Positions 1-10,536 of a stretch of DNA of 64,000 nucleotides are shown one piece after another. This DNA comes from a bacterium. Its GTDB lineage: Bacteria; Zixibacteria; MSB-5A5; GN15; FEB-12. Positions within the stretch are counted from its first letter, which is position 1. Each line of letters begins with the position of its first letter. Both the position numbers and the translations under genes were made by a program. The notes beneath the pieces are model-generated. The model did not search any database. It saw only the letters and a program-made list of their open reading frames with translations, and was not told where the DNA came from. Where the stretch lies: NCBI GenBank assembly GCA_043819515.1, contig JBDRES010000034.1:3945-67944 (forward strand), in the 5' to 3' direction.

Positions 1-2
1 TT

Positions 3-893
3 CTGTCGCTGGGTTCGACATCCACAACCGGAAGCGATCTGGAAGTCGACATTACCGCGGCCGCCACAACCGCCTCGCTGGTTGGCTCGGCCATTACCGA
101 CCCGGCCTTGATTCGGATCAATCCTGGGGTAGAGCCGCCTGCCTACGGCCTGGTATTGGATTCCACCAACAACCGTCTACGGTTGAAAATCGACGGTGTC
201 ACTTCTGAAGAAATCCAGCTAACTCAGAAGACATACGAAAGCGCCACGGAGTTGATCAACGAGCTACAGGCGCAGATAGATGCCGATGCGAAGATAGGTA
301 GCTTCGGACTTGAAGTGTCGTGGGACAGCGACGCCAACAAGATCACGATTGCCGGCAGTACCTATGGATCGACTGCCTCAGTCGAGCTTGTCTCAGGCGT
401 CGACAACAACGCCCATACCGTCCTGGGTCTTGAAAGCGGCACGAGCACGGCCGGCACCGACGTGGCCGGTACCATCAACGGCGAGGAGGCCGTGGGCCGC
501 GGCCGGTATCTGACCGGAAAAGAAGATAACGAGACCACCGAAGGCATCAAACTTCTGATCACTTTCACCGAGGACCAAGTAGGCGACGGTGTCGAAGGTA
601 CGATCAAGATGGCGCGCGGCATCGCCACGCAGTTGCACGATTCGATCGACAACCTCACCAAAAGCAAAGACGGCGTATTTGATCGGCGCATTTCGGCGCT
701 GGAAAAACAGATTGAACAGATGGCCGAGCGGGTGGTGGACATCGACGAGCGTTTGGAGATTCGCCGCGAAAGCCTGCTCAAGGAGTTTTGGGCGATGGAG
801 TCGGCTTTGGGCGAGATGAACGCCCTCAAAGACTACCTTACTCAGCAAACAGCGATGATGAACCAAAATTGGAAATTGGGTACCAATAGATAA
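3..893 (+). CDS. fliD: Flagellar filament cap protein FliD, C-terminal part (5' truncated by the window edge)
   Basis: Frame is open from position 3. GTDVAGTINGEEAVGRG...GIKL motif and C-terminal coiled coil (ERLEIRRESLLKEFWAMESALGEMN). Directly upstream of fliS. Confidence 0.9.
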   Translation: MSLGSTSTTGSDLEVDITAAATTASLVGSAITDPALIRINPGVEPPAYGLVLDSTNNRLRLKIDGVTSEEIQLTQKTYESATELINELQAQIDADAKIGSFGLEVSWDSDANKITIAGSTYGSTASVELVSGVDNNAHTVLGLESGTSTAGTDVAGTINGEEAVGRGRYLTGKEDNETTEGIKLLITFTEDQVGDGVEGTIKMARGIATQLHDSIDNLTKSKDGVFDRRISALEKQIEQMAERVVDIDERLEIRRESLLKEFWAMESALGEMNALKDYLTQQTAMMNQNWKLGTNR

Positions 894-912
894 CCCATAT
901 AGGAGACATCGG

Positions 913-1341
913 ATGGACGATCAACTGGGAACGTATCGGACTATGGAAACCCACGGCAAATCTCAACTGGATTTGATCCTACAGGTTTACAACGGGGCAA
1001 TCAAAGCCTATGAAACGGCCTCGGCTAAACTGGCCAATCAGGAATTTGACGCCGGGCGCGAGGAGCTTGAGAAGGCCAAGCGTTTTGTGGTTCACTTGTA
1101 TACAACGCTAGATACCGAGCAGGGGGGAGAGGTGGCCGACAACCTGAGCCAGCTTTACGCCTTCGTGGTAAACGAGAGCAACGTTGTGGCCGCGACAAAA
1201 GATACCGGCCGGATTGACGATATTGTTTCAATACTGGACAATCTGCGCCAAGGCTGGCAGGAACTGCGGCAGCAAGTGCAGGCAGAACCGTCGTTGTCGG
1301 CACCGGCCCCTGCCTTAGGCGGCTTCACAACTTCGGGATGA
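913..1341 (+). CDS. fliS: Flagellar export chaperone FliS
   Basis: LDLILQVYNGAI...LDTEQGGEVADNLSQLYAF...LRQGW motifs; AGGAG RBS. Confidence 0.92.
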   Translation: MDDQLGTYRTMETHGKSQLDLILQVYNGAIKAYETASAKLANQEFDAGREELEKAKRFVVHLYTTLDTEQGGEVADNLSQLYAFVVNESNVVAATKDTGRIDDIVSILDNLRQGWQELRQQVQAEPSLSAPAPALGGFTTSG

Positions 1342-1805
1342 GTATGGCAGAATTAGACCACAATGCGGTTACACAGATCGAGCGCGAATTGATTTTTGCG
1401 CTGAAGGAAGAGTACTCGTTTTACCAGTCGCTGTATCTCACTCTTGATAAGCAGCGCGATTCGATCCGGTTCAACAAGGACGAGCGTCTTCTGGATTTGT
1501 TCACTGAGATCGAACGATGTCACCAGCGAATCAAACGCTCCGAGGAAAAAATCGCACAACTTAAGGCGCGTGATCCGAAGCTGTTCAAGCTGGCTTCGGC
1601 TCACCCCGAAGTGCGCAAGCTGGTCAATAGCATCGCTACCATGGTCAAAAAGAACGTGAGTCTGGTGGCTGAGTGCGAAGAGTACCTCCAGGGTCGCTAC
1701 AAGCGCATCAAGGAGGAGCTCGGCGAGCTGCAGAACAGCCGGAAGATTTTGCAGTACATGCAGCAATCGGACCCGTCACCGCAGTTTGTAGATGGAAAGA
1801 GCTGA
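1338..1805 (+). CDS. FlgN-like flagellar chaperone (helical coiled-coil protein)
   Basis: 155 aa helical protein ending PQFVDGKS, overlapping the fliS stop; flagellar context. Confidence 0.55.
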   Translation: MSMAELDHNAVTQIERELIFALKEEYSFYQSLYLTLDKQRDSIRFNKDERLLDLFTEIERCHQRIKRSEEKIAQLKARDPKLFKLASAHPEVRKLVNSIATMVKKNVSLVAECEEYLQGRYKRIKEELGELQNSRKILQYMQQSDPSPQFVDGKS

Positions 1806-1873
1806 GCCGGGTTCCGACCAAGGCCAAGAACCCGGTCGTTGTCATGGGAAGAACAGAATAACAGGAAGTAGTC

Positions 1874-2260
1874 ATGAAAATCGGAGCCAACCCCGCTGCC
1901 GACCACCCGCCTCCGAGAGACGTGTCGGCAGAGGTCAATCAGGAAAAGGGTCGTCATTCCACCGGGCTGGAAAGCGAACCGCCGGATGTCAGCGTGCGAA
2001 GCCAACTCGGCCGGATGGCCGACAGCCTGCGTTTGAGCGGGTCGGGAGAGACCCGAGACACATACACTGAACAGCAGGTGCGGCATCCCGAACCGAGGAC
2101 TGCCTCGGAGATACGCCCGGCTCGCGAGATATCCCGTGATGCCGCCGACCGATTGAATGAAATTCGCCGCCGCATCGAGGCAAACTACTACGATCAGCCG
2201 GAGGTCAAGTCCAGACTGGCCGACAGGCTGGCCGAGGACTTCGAGTCGCCGCGGAAGTAG
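1874..2260 (+). CDS. FlgM-like anti-sigma28 factor
   Basis: Disordered N-terminus; C-terminal DRLNEIRRRIEANYYDQPEVKSRLADRL resembles the FlgM C-terminus; flagellar context. Confidence 0.55.
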   Translation: MKIGANPAADHPPPRDVSAEVNQEKGRHSTGLESEPPDVSVRSQLGRMADSLRLSGSGETRDTYTEQQVRHPEPRTASEIRPAREISRDAADRLNEIRRRIEANYYDQPEVKSRLADRLAEDFESPRK

Positions 2261-2278
2261 GTTAGGAACGAACCGCAT

Positions 2279-3178
2279 ATGTCGATTGAGTCACCCACAG
2301 CAGAAGCCAAAGTCCAACAGGTTATTTCGGGCATCCGCAACCTGCCGACGCCGCCCATCGTATTTCACCAGATCCAGAAGGTAGTGAACGATCACAACGC
2401 TTCGGCAGCCCAGGTGGCCGCCGTCCTGGCTGAGGACCCGGCCATGTCGGTGAAGGTGCTCAAGCTGACCAACTCAGCCTTCTACGGTCTGGCCCGCGAA
2501 GTTGATTCGGTCAAACAGGCGGTAGTGATAGTGGGCATGGAGGCCATCAAGAATCTTGTTCTGTCGGCCTCCGTCTTGGACATGTTTAAGGGTGACAGCA
2601 CGTTGGATAGTGAGTTTCAGGAAGAGTTCTGGCGTCACTCCCTGGCGACAGCCTTCTGCTGTCGCCTCTTGGCGCGCAGGATCAATAGCCGCGGCATTGT
2701 TGATCCCGACACCGGTTTTGCCTCCGGCTTGCTTCATGACGTTGGGAAGATGATAATATGCTGCTACCTTCCCAGGCAGCACACTCAGATCAGGATCGAA
2801 CGGCAGAACCGGCCGGATGCCACCAACTCGGACGTCGAACTCCTGGTCCTGCAGTGTACTCATGAGCAAATCGGCGCGGCGCTCGCCAGCCAGTGGAAAC
2901 TGCCGTCTAAGCTCGCAAATGCCATAGAGTACCATCACAAACCATTGGAATGTGAGGGGCCTGAGCCGGTTGCCCATCTGGTCCACGTCGCGAATTATCT
3001 GGCCAAGAAAACTTTCCTTGATCGCCAGGAGGAACACTTGATCGGCTCTCTGGCGCCGGGAATAATGGAATACCTGGCACTGGAGCCGTCCGACCTGGAC
3101 CATTTCTGCGAGCAGTTGCGGGAGGACTACTCGAAGGCGGAAACCTTCATGCAGATGGCCGGAATCAACGCCGCATAA
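2279..3178 (+). CDS. HDOD domain signalling protein
   Basis: [37 protein letters not shown] and WKLP...AIEYHH motifs. Confidence 0.92.
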   Translation: MSIESPTAEAKVQQVISGIRNLPTPPIVFHQIQKVVNDHNASAAQVAAVLAEDPAMSVKVLKLTNSAFYGLAREVDSVKQAVVIVGMEAIKNLVLSASVLDMFKGDSTLDSEFQEEFWRHSLATAFCCRLLARRINSRGIVDPDTGFASGLLHDVGKMIICCYLPRQHTQIRIERQNRPDATNSDVELLVLQCTHEQIGAALASQWKLPSKLANAIEYHHKPLECEGPEPVAHLVHVANYLAKKTFLDRQEEHLIGSLAPGIMEYLALEPSDLDHFCEQLREDYSKAETFMQMAGINAA

Positions 3179-3328
3179 TGCGGTCCCTGTTCCAGGTGGC
3201 TCCGTTGTCCGATCGACAACGGCTTATCAGTCCAAAATTGCCCCAAATATTGATTCAAAACGTTTGCATGGTAGCCGTAACCCATTGGACGCCAGCGCGG
3301 TTTTTTTGTCCCCCAGCTTAGATTGGGC

Positions 3329-3356
3329 TTGACAGAAACCGAACTTGGAGTATAAT
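3329..3356 (+). promoter_or_regulatory. Sigma70 promoter for the tRNA-Val/thrS operon
   Basis: TTGACA-N16-TATAAT with both hexamers matching consensus. Confidence 0.8.
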
Positions 3357-3410
3357 GACGCGTTACAAGAGAGCCGTCGGGTCGGTCCAATCCGGCCGCC
3401 GGTGCGGGAT

Positions 3411-3487
3411 GGGCGATTAGCTCAGATGGTTAGAGTACTTGCTTGACATGCAAGGGGTCACTGGTTCGATTCCAGTATCGCCCACCA
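3411..3487 (+). tRNA. tRNA-Val(GAC)
   Basis: GGGCGAT/ATCGCCC acceptor stem, TAGCTCAG D-arm, anticodon loop TTGACAT, GGTTCGATTCC T-loop, encoded CCA end. Confidence 0.96.
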
Positions 3488-3564
3488 TTTTTAGTCGCGG
3501 GTTACGACGCAATCCTGACTTCGTCGCGATCCGCATTCTGTTTTTGAAGCCGTAGGTTGTAGTT

Positions 3565-5496
3565 ATGTCGCGAATTAACCTCACCTTCCCGGATGGATCC
3601 GTGCGTCAGTTCGAAGCCGGCGTTTCCGGATTGGATGTTGCCAAGTCAATATCATCCGGCCTGGCCAAGGAGGCTGTGGCGTCCGTATTGAATGACGAAG
3701 TTACCGACCTGACGGCTCCTATCAACGGCGACGCGACCATAGCGATTCTTAAGTTTGATGATCCGCGCGGGCGCCAGGTGTTCTGGCATTCCTCCTCCCA
3801 TATAATGGCCCAGGCGGTACAGGAGTTGTTCCCCGGCGCCAAACTGGCTATCGGCCCATCTATCGATGAGGGCTGGTACTACGATTTTGATGTGCCCCAG
3901 CCGTTCTCGCCCGAAGATCTGGAGAGAATCGAACAGAAAATGACCGAAATCATCGCCGAAGATGCGACTTTCTCCCGGCAGGATGTGTCTCGGTCCGATG
4001 CTATCGAGGCGTGTCGGCAGGAGGGTGCCTCCTATAAAGTCGAATTGCTCGAGGGCCTAGAGGATGATACCGTCAGCTTCTATGAGCACTCGCGGTTTAA
4101 GGATCTTTGCCGGGGTCCTCACATACCGAGGACCGGCCTGATTAAGGCCTTCAAGCTGACGTCATCGTCCGGTGCTTATTGGCGCGGCGACGAAAAGCTG
4201 CCGATGTTGCAGCGCATCTACGGGGTGTCATACCCCAAAAAGCAGATGCTGGCTGAATATCTGGAGCGCTTGGAAGAAGCGAAAAGGCGCGATCACCGCT
4301 TGCTCGGCAAACAGCTTGAGCTGTTTACTATTTCAAATGTCGTTGGTGCCGGTCTGGTACTTTGGTTGCCCAAAGGGGCGCGAGTTCGGAACGAAATCGA
4401 AAACTTCTGGCGGCAGGAGCATCTCAAGGCCGGCTACGAATTGGTCTTCAGTCCGCATATCGCCAACTACGATCTTTGGGTGAAGAGCGGCCACGCTGAT
4501 TTCTATGCCGACGATATGCTCAAGCCGGTCGAGGTTGAGGGGCAGATGTTCCAGCTCAAGCCGATGAATTGCCCCTTCCATATGACCATGTACAAGTCGC
4601 GGCGGTGGTCCTATCGTGATCTGCCGCTGCGGTGGGCTGAGCTGGGCACCGTCTACCGTTTCGAGAAGACGGGTGTCCTTCATGGCCTGATGCGGGTTCG
4701 GGGTTTCACTCAGGATGATGCGCATCATTTTGTCGCCCAGGAAGGGGTGGAGGACGAACTGACGTGGTTGTTGGATTTCTGTATCTATATATTGAAATCC
4801 TTCGGCTTCAGCGACTACGAGATTTTCCTGTCGACGCGGCCGGAGAAGGCCATCGGCGAGAAGGCTGATTGGGATCGAGCCGAGAGTGGACTTGCCTCGG
4901 TTCTATCAAAAGCGGGCCTGGAATTCGCCGTTGACGAGGGTGGCGGCGCCTTTTATGGACCAAAGATCGATATTAAGATTAAAGATGCCTTGAACCGAAG
5001 CTGGCAATGTTCCACTATCCAGTTTGATTTTTCCTTGCCGGAACGGTTCGACTTGACCTATATTGGTGCGGATGGGCAGCCTAAGCGTCCCTTCATGATA
5101 CACCGAGCGCTCCTGGGCTCCATTGAGCGCTTTTTTGGTTGCTTGGTGGAGCACTATGCCGGTCGCTTTCCGTTGTGGTTGGCGCCGGTCCAGGTAAGGG
5201 TGCTGCCCATTACCGATGAATTGAACGACTATGCCCAATCGGTTGCGGACGATTTGAAACAGGCCGGTCTGCGAGCCGAGGCTGATTGTCGCTCGGAAAA
5301 AGTCGGTGCTAAGATCCGCGAAGCGGAACTTATGAAGGTGCCGTACATGTTTGTAGTCGGCAAGCGTGAGGCTCAGGCCGGAACGGTGTCGATGCGCAAG
5401 CATGGTGAAGACGACCTCGGTGTAGTTGGTATGGCCGAGGCGATTCAGAAATTGACTGAGGAAGTTGAGTCCAAAGGCCTGGAAACTGAGCGATAG
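3565..5496 (+). CDS. thrS: Threonine--tRNA ligase
   Basis: TGS domain; HSSSH, DLCRGPH, KPMNCP, RGFTQDDAH and HRALLGSIERF motifs. Confidence 0.98.
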   Translation: MSRINLTFPDGSVRQFEAGVSGLDVAKSISSGLAKEAVASVLNDEVTDLTAPINGDATIAILKFDDPRGRQVFWHSSSHIMAQAVQELFPGAKLAIGPSIDEGWYYDFDVPQPFSPEDLERIEQKMTEIIAEDATFSRQDVSRSDAIEACRQEGASYKVELLEGLEDDTVSFYEHSRFKDLCRGPHIPRTGLIKAFKLTSSSGAYWRGDEKLPMLQRIYGVSYPKKQMLAEYLERLEEAKRRDHRLLGKQLELFTISNVVGAGLVLWLPKGARVRNEIENFWRQEHLKAGYELVFSPHIANYDLWVKSGHADFYADDMLKPVEVEGQMFQLKPMNCPFHMTMYKSRRWSYRDLPLRWAELGTVYRFEKTGVLHGLMRVRGFTQDDAHHFVAQEGVEDELTWLLDFCIYILKSFGFSDYEIFLSTRPEKAIGEKADWDRAESGLASVLSKAGLEFAVDEGGGAFYGPKIDIKIKDALNRSWQCSTIQFDFSLPERFDLTYIGADGQPKRPFMIHRALLGSIERFFGCLVEHYAGRFPLWLAPVQVRVLPITDELNDYAQSVADDLKQAGLRAEADCRSEKVGAKIREAELMKVPYMFVVGKREAQAGTVSMRKHGEDDLGVVGMAEAIQKLTEEVESKGLETER

Positions 5497-5520
5497 ATTG
5501 CTCAAAAGAGGAGTTTTTTT

Positions 5521-6168
5521 ATAGCGACCAAACAACTGCGGGTAAATTCGCAGATTAGGATTTCGCCGGTAAGGCTAATAGGCCCTGAAGGCGAGCAACT
5601 CGGAATAGTGCCGGTTAAAGAGGCGCTTGAGAAAGCCCAAATCCACGACTTGGATTTGGTTGAAGTGTCTCCCACCAGTCGACCACCGGTCTGCCGGATT
5701 CTTGACTTCGGTAAGTTCAAGTACGAACAAGCAAGGAAAGAAAAGCAGGCCAAGAAACGGCAGCACAGTTTCCAATTGAAGGAGATGCGCTACCGTCCTA
5801 AGATTGACGAGCACGATTATCAGTTTAAGCTGCGCCATGTACGCGAGTTTCTTACGTCAGGCTCCAAAGTGAGAACTTTTGTGATGTTTCGCGGGCGCGA
5901 GCTGGCCTACACTGATCAGGGCAAGGAGTTGCTGGAGCGAGTGGCCCAGGACATGTCGGACATCGCCAATGTAGACATGCCGCCGAAGCGTGAAGGTCGG
6001 CACATGAGTATGATTCTGGGACCGAAGCCTGAGATTATGAAAGCTCTGAAAAACGCGCCGCTCAAAAAGCCGAACCGACCCGATCGGGAAGAGGAGCTGG
6101 TCGATGAAGCTGTCGAGCTTGATGAAGAGACAGCCGACGTCGGCGCCGAGTACAAAGACGAAGAATAA
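5521..6168 (+). CDS. infC: Translation initiation factor IF-3 (non-canonical ATA start)
   Basis: Frame extends upstream of the called ORF as IATKQLRVNSQIRISPVRLIGPEGEQLG. GAGGAG SD lies 7 nt before ATA at 5521. DLVEVSP...PPVCRILDFGKFKYE motif. Confidence 0.93.
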   Translation: MATKQLRVNSQIRISPVRLIGPEGEQLGIVPVKEALEKAQIHDLDLVEVSPTSRPPVCRILDFGKFKYEQARKEKQAKKRQHSFQLKEMRYRPKIDEHDYQFKLRHVREFLTSGSKVRTFVMFRGRELAYTDQGKELLERVAQDMSDIANVDMPPKREGRHMSMILGPKPEIMKALKNAPLKKPNRPDREEELVDEAVELDEETADVGAEYKDEE

Positions 6169-6200
6169 TGAATCACCGATAGAAGCTGAGTAAGAGATCA

Positions 6201-6395
6201 ATGCCAAAGATGAAGACACGACGTGGTGCGGCTAAGCGCTTCAAAAAGACAGCGTCCGGCAAAATCAAGCGCCACAAAGCTTACAAGACTCATATCCTTA
6301 CCAAAATGAGTCCCAAACGAACGCGCCAACTACGACGTCCGACGCTGGTTTCCGCTTCCGACATGCCCCGCGTGCGGGCTATGTTGCCATACTAA
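6201..6395 (+). CDS. rpmI: 50S ribosomal protein L35
   Basis: [23 protein letters not shown]. Confidence 0.97.
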   Translation: MPKMKTRRGAAKRFKKTASGKIKRHKAYKTHILTKMSPKRTRQLRRPTLVSASDMPRVRAMLPY

Positions 6396-6434
6396 ATTCG
6401 GAAATGTCTGTTTAGATTGTAGGAGCTACAAAAC

Positions 6435-6785
6435 ATGCCACGCGCAAAAAACAACGTTGCCGCCCACCAGCGTCACCACAAGGTGTTGCAAAAGGCCAGC
6501 GGCAACTACAACGGTCGCGGCCGTCTTTATCGCACGGCTCTTGAGACCGTTAACAAGGGTATGGTTTACGCCTACCGTGATCGTCGCGCCAAAAAGCGAG
6601 TCTTCCGTTCGCTGTGGATCGCTCGCATTTCGGCCGCAGCCAAAATATGCGGGACGAACTACTCGACTTTTATCTGTGGTCTCAAGAAGGCTGGGGTCAA
6701 TTTGGATCGTAAGGTCCTGGCTGATATCGCTGCCCGCGATATGGCCACTTTTAGTAACCTGGCCAAGATTTCAACCGACAACTGA
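6435..6785 (+). CDS. rplT: 50S ribosomal protein L20
   Basis: [24 protein letters not shown]...[10 protein letters not shown]. Confidence 0.97.
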   Translation: MPRAKNNVAAHQRHHKVLQKASGNYNGRGRLYRTALETVNKGMVYAYRDRRAKKRVFRSLWIARISAAAKICGTNYSTFICGLKKAGVNLDRKVLADIAARDMATFSNLAKISTDN

Positions 6786-6803
6786 TGCGCGAATAGTGCC
6801 GCT

Positions 6804-7817
6804 ATGACACTACTCGACGAAGTTGCCCAGATACTTCACGAGGCCCAAGAGCGGATCGGCGGCGCTGATTCGCTCGCCGCATTAAAGGAACTGCAGGTTT
6901 CTTACCTTGGGCGCAAGGGGAGCTTAACGGCTGTCCTGAAGCAGCTCAAGGATTTGCCGCCGGACCAGAAGAAGGAAATCGGAGCTGCCGCGAACAAAGC
7001 GCGCGTCCGGTTGGAGCAAGCTTTTGAACAAGCTGCCGACAGCTTCTCCGGTGACTCGGACGCCGGCATCTTTGACCCGACCCTCCCAGGCACATACCCC
7101 TACCAGGGTGTGACGCATATTGTCAATCAGACCATCAACCAGATTTGTCGGATCTTCCAGCATATGGGCTTTGAGATAGCCTACGGTCCCGATATCGAAA
7201 CCGACTATTACAATTTTGAAGCCCTCAATTTCGAGCCCGATCATCCCGCCCGTGAAATGCAGGACACTCTGTTTGTCGAGGGTGGACGTCTTTTGCGCAC
7301 GCACACCACGCCGGTGCAGGCGAGAGTACTGGAAGCCGGTCAGCCGCCACTCAAAGTGATCACCCCAGGGAAATGCTTCCGTAACGAATCAATCTCCACG
7401 CGGGGACACATGGCCTTCCACCAGGTGGATGGCTTCTTGGTTGATGAGGGTGTCACCGTTGCCGACCTCAAAGGTACGATGGTCGCTTTCTGTAAGGCTT
7501 TTTTTGGCGAAGATCTCAAGCTGAAATTCCGGCCCTCGTATTTTCCGTTTACGGAGCCGTCGGCCGAGATTGACATTCAGTGCTTGCTGTGCCGGGGGAA
7601 AGGCTGCCGGGTTTGCAAACAGTCCGGATGGCTGGAGATTCTGGGTTGTGGTATGATCGATCCCAATGTTCTTCAAAAGGCCGGAATTGACTCGGAACGT
7701 TACACCGGCTTCGCATTTGGAACCGGAGTGGAACGACCGGCCATGCTCAAGCATCGGATTGACGATATTCGCCTGTTCTTCAACAACGATGTGCGCCTTC
7801 TAAGGCAGTTTGTCTGA
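6804..7817 (+). CDS. pheS: Phenylalanine--tRNA ligase alpha subunit
   Basis: HPAREMQDT, LRTHT, RPSYFPFTEPS and GFAFGTGVER motifs. Confidence 0.97.
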   Translation: MTLLDEVAQILHEAQERIGGADSLAALKELQVSYLGRKGSLTAVLKQLKDLPPDQKKEIGAAANKARVRLEQAFEQAADSFSGDSDAGIFDPTLPGTYPYQGVTHIVNQTINQICRIFQHMGFEIAYGPDIETDYYNFEALNFEPDHPAREMQDTLFVEGGRLLRTHTTPVQARVLEAGQPPLKVITPGKCFRNESISTRGHMAFHQVDGFLVDEGVTVADLKGTMVAFCKAFFGEDLKLKFRPSYFPFTEPSAEIDIQCLLCRGKGCRVCKQSGWLEILGCGMIDPNVLQKAGIDSERYTGFAFGTGVERPAMLKHRIDDIRLFFNNDVRLLRQFV

Positions 7818-7818
7818 T

Positions 7819-10200
7819 ATGCAGATCTCTTATAAATGGCTCATCGAACTGACCGGCCTGGACTGGTCGCCCGAAGAAATCGGCGACAGACTTACCCTGT
7901 GTGGGATCGCCTGCGAGCATATAGAGCCGACATCAAAATACCTGGACAAGGTTGTTGTTGGTCAAGTTGTCAACCTGGAGGCGGTCGCCGGAGCCGATAA
8001 GATCCGCCTGGCTACGGTCGACATCGGTACCGAGCAGCTATCGATTATATGCGGCGCTCCCAACGTTGAGGCCGGACATAAAGTGCCGGTGGCCACCCTC
8101 GGTGCGGTGTTGGCCGGCGACCTGAAGATCAAGAAAGTCAAGATTCGCGGAGTCGAGTCCTCGGGGATGATCTGTTCCGAACGCGAGCTGGGGATATCAG
8201 AGGACCATGCCGGGATCATTATCCTGGATGAGACGGCCGTTGTCGGGCGGCCGCTGGTGGAACATCTGGATTACGATGATTGTGTCATGACCTTCGAGAT
8301 GACGCCCAATCGTCCCGATGCTCTGTCGGCGATAGGCATTGCCCGCGATCTGGCCACCCTGGCCGGCGTGGAATTAAGAAGGCCTGAGTTTGAACTGATC
8401 GAATCGGGTTCGCCCGCCTCCGACTTCATAAGTGTACGCATCGATGACCCGGGCGCCTGTCCGCGTTATGCCGCCCGTATCATTCGCGGGGTCACCATCG
8501 GTGAATCGCCGTGGTGGCTGAAAAAGAAGCTACTCACCTGTGGAATGCGCCCCATCAACAGCCTGGTCGACATAACCAATCTGGTTATGCTTGAATGCGG
8601 CCACCCTCTACACGCCTTTGATTTGGATCGCTTTGGCTCGTCCGAGGTTGTTATGCGCCGGGCTGCCCAGGGAGAGAAATTTACAACCCTTGATGGACGT
8701 GACCATACGCTGACCCCCGATGTTCTGATGATCACCAATGGCAAGGAAGGCGTCGCGGCCGGCGGCATCATGGGCGGGCTCAACTCCGAGGTGGCCTCGA
8801 CAACTACGAACATTTTGCTTGAGGCGGCCTACTTTGATCCGTCGACTATCAGAAAAGGCCGGCGCGTGCTCAACCTGTCGACCGAGTCGTCGTACCGGTT
8901 CGAGCGTGGCTGCGACCCCAATGGCATTGACTGGGCTATCAACCGGGCCGCGTCACTATTTGCCTCACTATGCGGGGGAGAGGTATGCTGCGGAATAGTC
9001 GACTGCTACCCCACGGAGCTCAAACCAACAGTCGTATCATTCCGTCCTCAACGATGTCATGACGTTGTCGGCGTCGAATATGATACCGAGCGGATTGCCG
9101 AGATCTTCAAGCGGCTTGGATTTGAGATACAAAAGTCCGACCCTTGGCAGGTGTCGGTGCCGACGTACCGGCCGGATATCGGGCGGGAAATCGACTTGAT
9201 CGAGGAAGTGGTGCGTATTCAGGGTTTCGACTCGGTGCCGGACGCGATTCATAACACTGGGCCGCTCTATAGTCGTACTCTCGCCGAAGATCAGTTTGCA
9301 CATGAGGTTCGACGCCTGCTGAACGGTGTCGGCTTTGACGAAATGATGGGGCATGGCCTGGCTGACGGTAAACAGGCCGAATTCATTGCACCGGAAGTAC
9401 CGATTGTCAGGCTGGCCAATTCGATTTCGGAAGAGCTGAATGTCATGCGAAACTCCCTCATGGTCTCGGCTCTGACCGTGGTGAGTCACAACCTCTCTCA
9501 TCGAGTCATCGATCTCCGCTTGTTTGAGATAGGCAAAGTCTATTTTGCCGGCCGGGACAATCCCTTTGTCGAGGAGCCGCGACTGTCGTTGGTGGTCACC
9601 GGCTGTACTCCGGCCGGTTGGCGTGAGGCGCCGCGACCTTTGGATTTTTACGATCTGACCGGCGCCCTGGCGATCCTCGGGCGGCACTTTGGTTGGCCTG
9701 AGTTTGAATTCGAACCCGGCAACTCCAGCTTGTGCCTGGATGAAGTCTCCTTTATAATAAAGCTGGCTGGTACCACGGTCGGGACCATCGGGCAACTGAA
9801 GCCGAAGGTTCTGGGTCGCTTTGACATCAAACAGCCGGTTTTTGCGGCCGAGCTGAGACTCGAGCCGCTACTGGCGGCGGTGATCGAGCATAAGACCTAT
9901 CGCCCGGTACCGATTTACCCGGCCGCTCCGCGCGATTTGGCTATAGTGATCAAAGAGGATGTCCGTGCCGCCGAAGTTGTCGACTGTATTCGTCAAGCGG
10001 CGGGCAAGCTGGCCCGAAAAGTTCAGATTTTTGATCTGTATCAAGGCAAGCAGATAGCGAAAGGCCTCAAGTCGATGGCCGTTCATGTTGTGTATCGATC
10101 TGCTGAGAAGAGTCTATCCGGTGACGAAGTCGATGGTTATCAGGCTCGTGTCATACAATCATTAAAGAAACAGTTTAATGCCGAAATCAGGGACAAGTGA
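7819..10200 (+). CDS. pheT: Phenylalanine--tRNA ligase beta subunit
   Basis: ICGAPNV, RGVESSGMICS, TPNRPDALS, RFERG and REIDLIEEV motifs; C-terminal FDX-ACB domain. Confidence 0.97.
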   Translation: MQISYKWLIELTGLDWSPEEIGDRLTLCGIACEHIEPTSKYLDKVVVGQVVNLEAVAGADKIRLATVDIGTEQLSIICGAPNVEAGHKVPVATLGAVLAGDLKIKKVKIRGVESSGMICSERELGISEDHAGIIILDETAVVGRPLVEHLDYDDCVMTFEMTPNRPDALSAIGIARDLATLAGVELRRPEFELIESGSPASDFISVRIDDPGACPRYAARIIRGVTIGESPWWLKKKLLTCGMRPINSLVDITNLVMLECGHPLHAFDLDRFGSSEVVMRRAAQGEKFTTLDGRDHTLTPDVLMITNGKEGVAAGGIMGGLNSEVASTTTNILLEAAYFDPSTIRKGRRVLNLSTESSYRFERGCDPNGIDWAINRAASLFASLCGGEVCCGIVDCYPTELKPTVVSFRPQRCHDVVGVEYDTERIAEIFKRLGFEIQKSDPWQVSVPTYRPDIGREIDLIEEVVRIQGFDSVPDAIHNTGPLYSRTLAEDQFAHEVRRLLNGVGFDEMMGHGLADGKQAEFIAPEVPIVRLANSISEELNVMRNSLMVSALTVVSHNLSHRVIDLRLFEIGKVYFAGRDNPFVEEPRLSLVVTGCTPAGWREAPRPLDFYDLTGALAILGRHFGWPEFEFEPGNSSLCLDEVSFIIKLAGTTVGTIGQLKPKVLGRFDIKQPVFAAELRLEPLLAAVIEHKTYRPVPIYPAAPRDLAIVIKEDVRAAEVVDCIRQAAGKLARKVQIFDLYQGKQIAKGLKSMAVHVVYRSAEKSLSGDEVDGYQARVIQSLKKQFNAEIRDK

Positions 10201-10442
10201 TGGATGGCAAGCTTCAACAAATAGCCCAGAAGGTCGAGTCTCTACTTACCAACCTGAACTCTCTGCAGTCGGAAAACGACCAACTGAAGCAGGAAAATTC
10301 GCAGTTGAAGACTGAAGTCGGCCGCGCCGAGAAGGAATTCCGGTCCTTGGAACTTCGCGACGCCGATCGCTCCGAATCGGTTCGGGTCAAGCTGCAGACC
10401 ATTCTCGATCGCCTGACCGAATTGGAAAAGTGGGTCGACTAA
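10200..10442 (+). CDS. zapB: ZapB-like coiled-coil cell division protein
   Basis: Short coiled coil located between pheT and zapA. Confidence 0.65.
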   Translation: MDGKLQQIAQKVESLLTNLNSLQSENDQLKQENSQLKTEVGRAEKEFRSLELRDADRSESVRVKLQTILDRLTELEKWVD

Positions 10443-10536
10443 GTTTTTTTCTTGACACCTGGTCGTAATTCCAGTTAAATTCTTGCGAATTAGCAGGATA
10501 GGGATAACTGATCCAAAGGGTGCTGTCGGGACCGGG

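Noticed and set aside
2258..5496. Genome-wide TAG reassignment (flgM-like/HDOD and thrS/infC are each in frame across a TAG)
   Set aside because: mutL, miaA, dnaJ, rsmE and efp end at TAG at their expected C-termini, and same-frame neighbours occur by chance one time in three.
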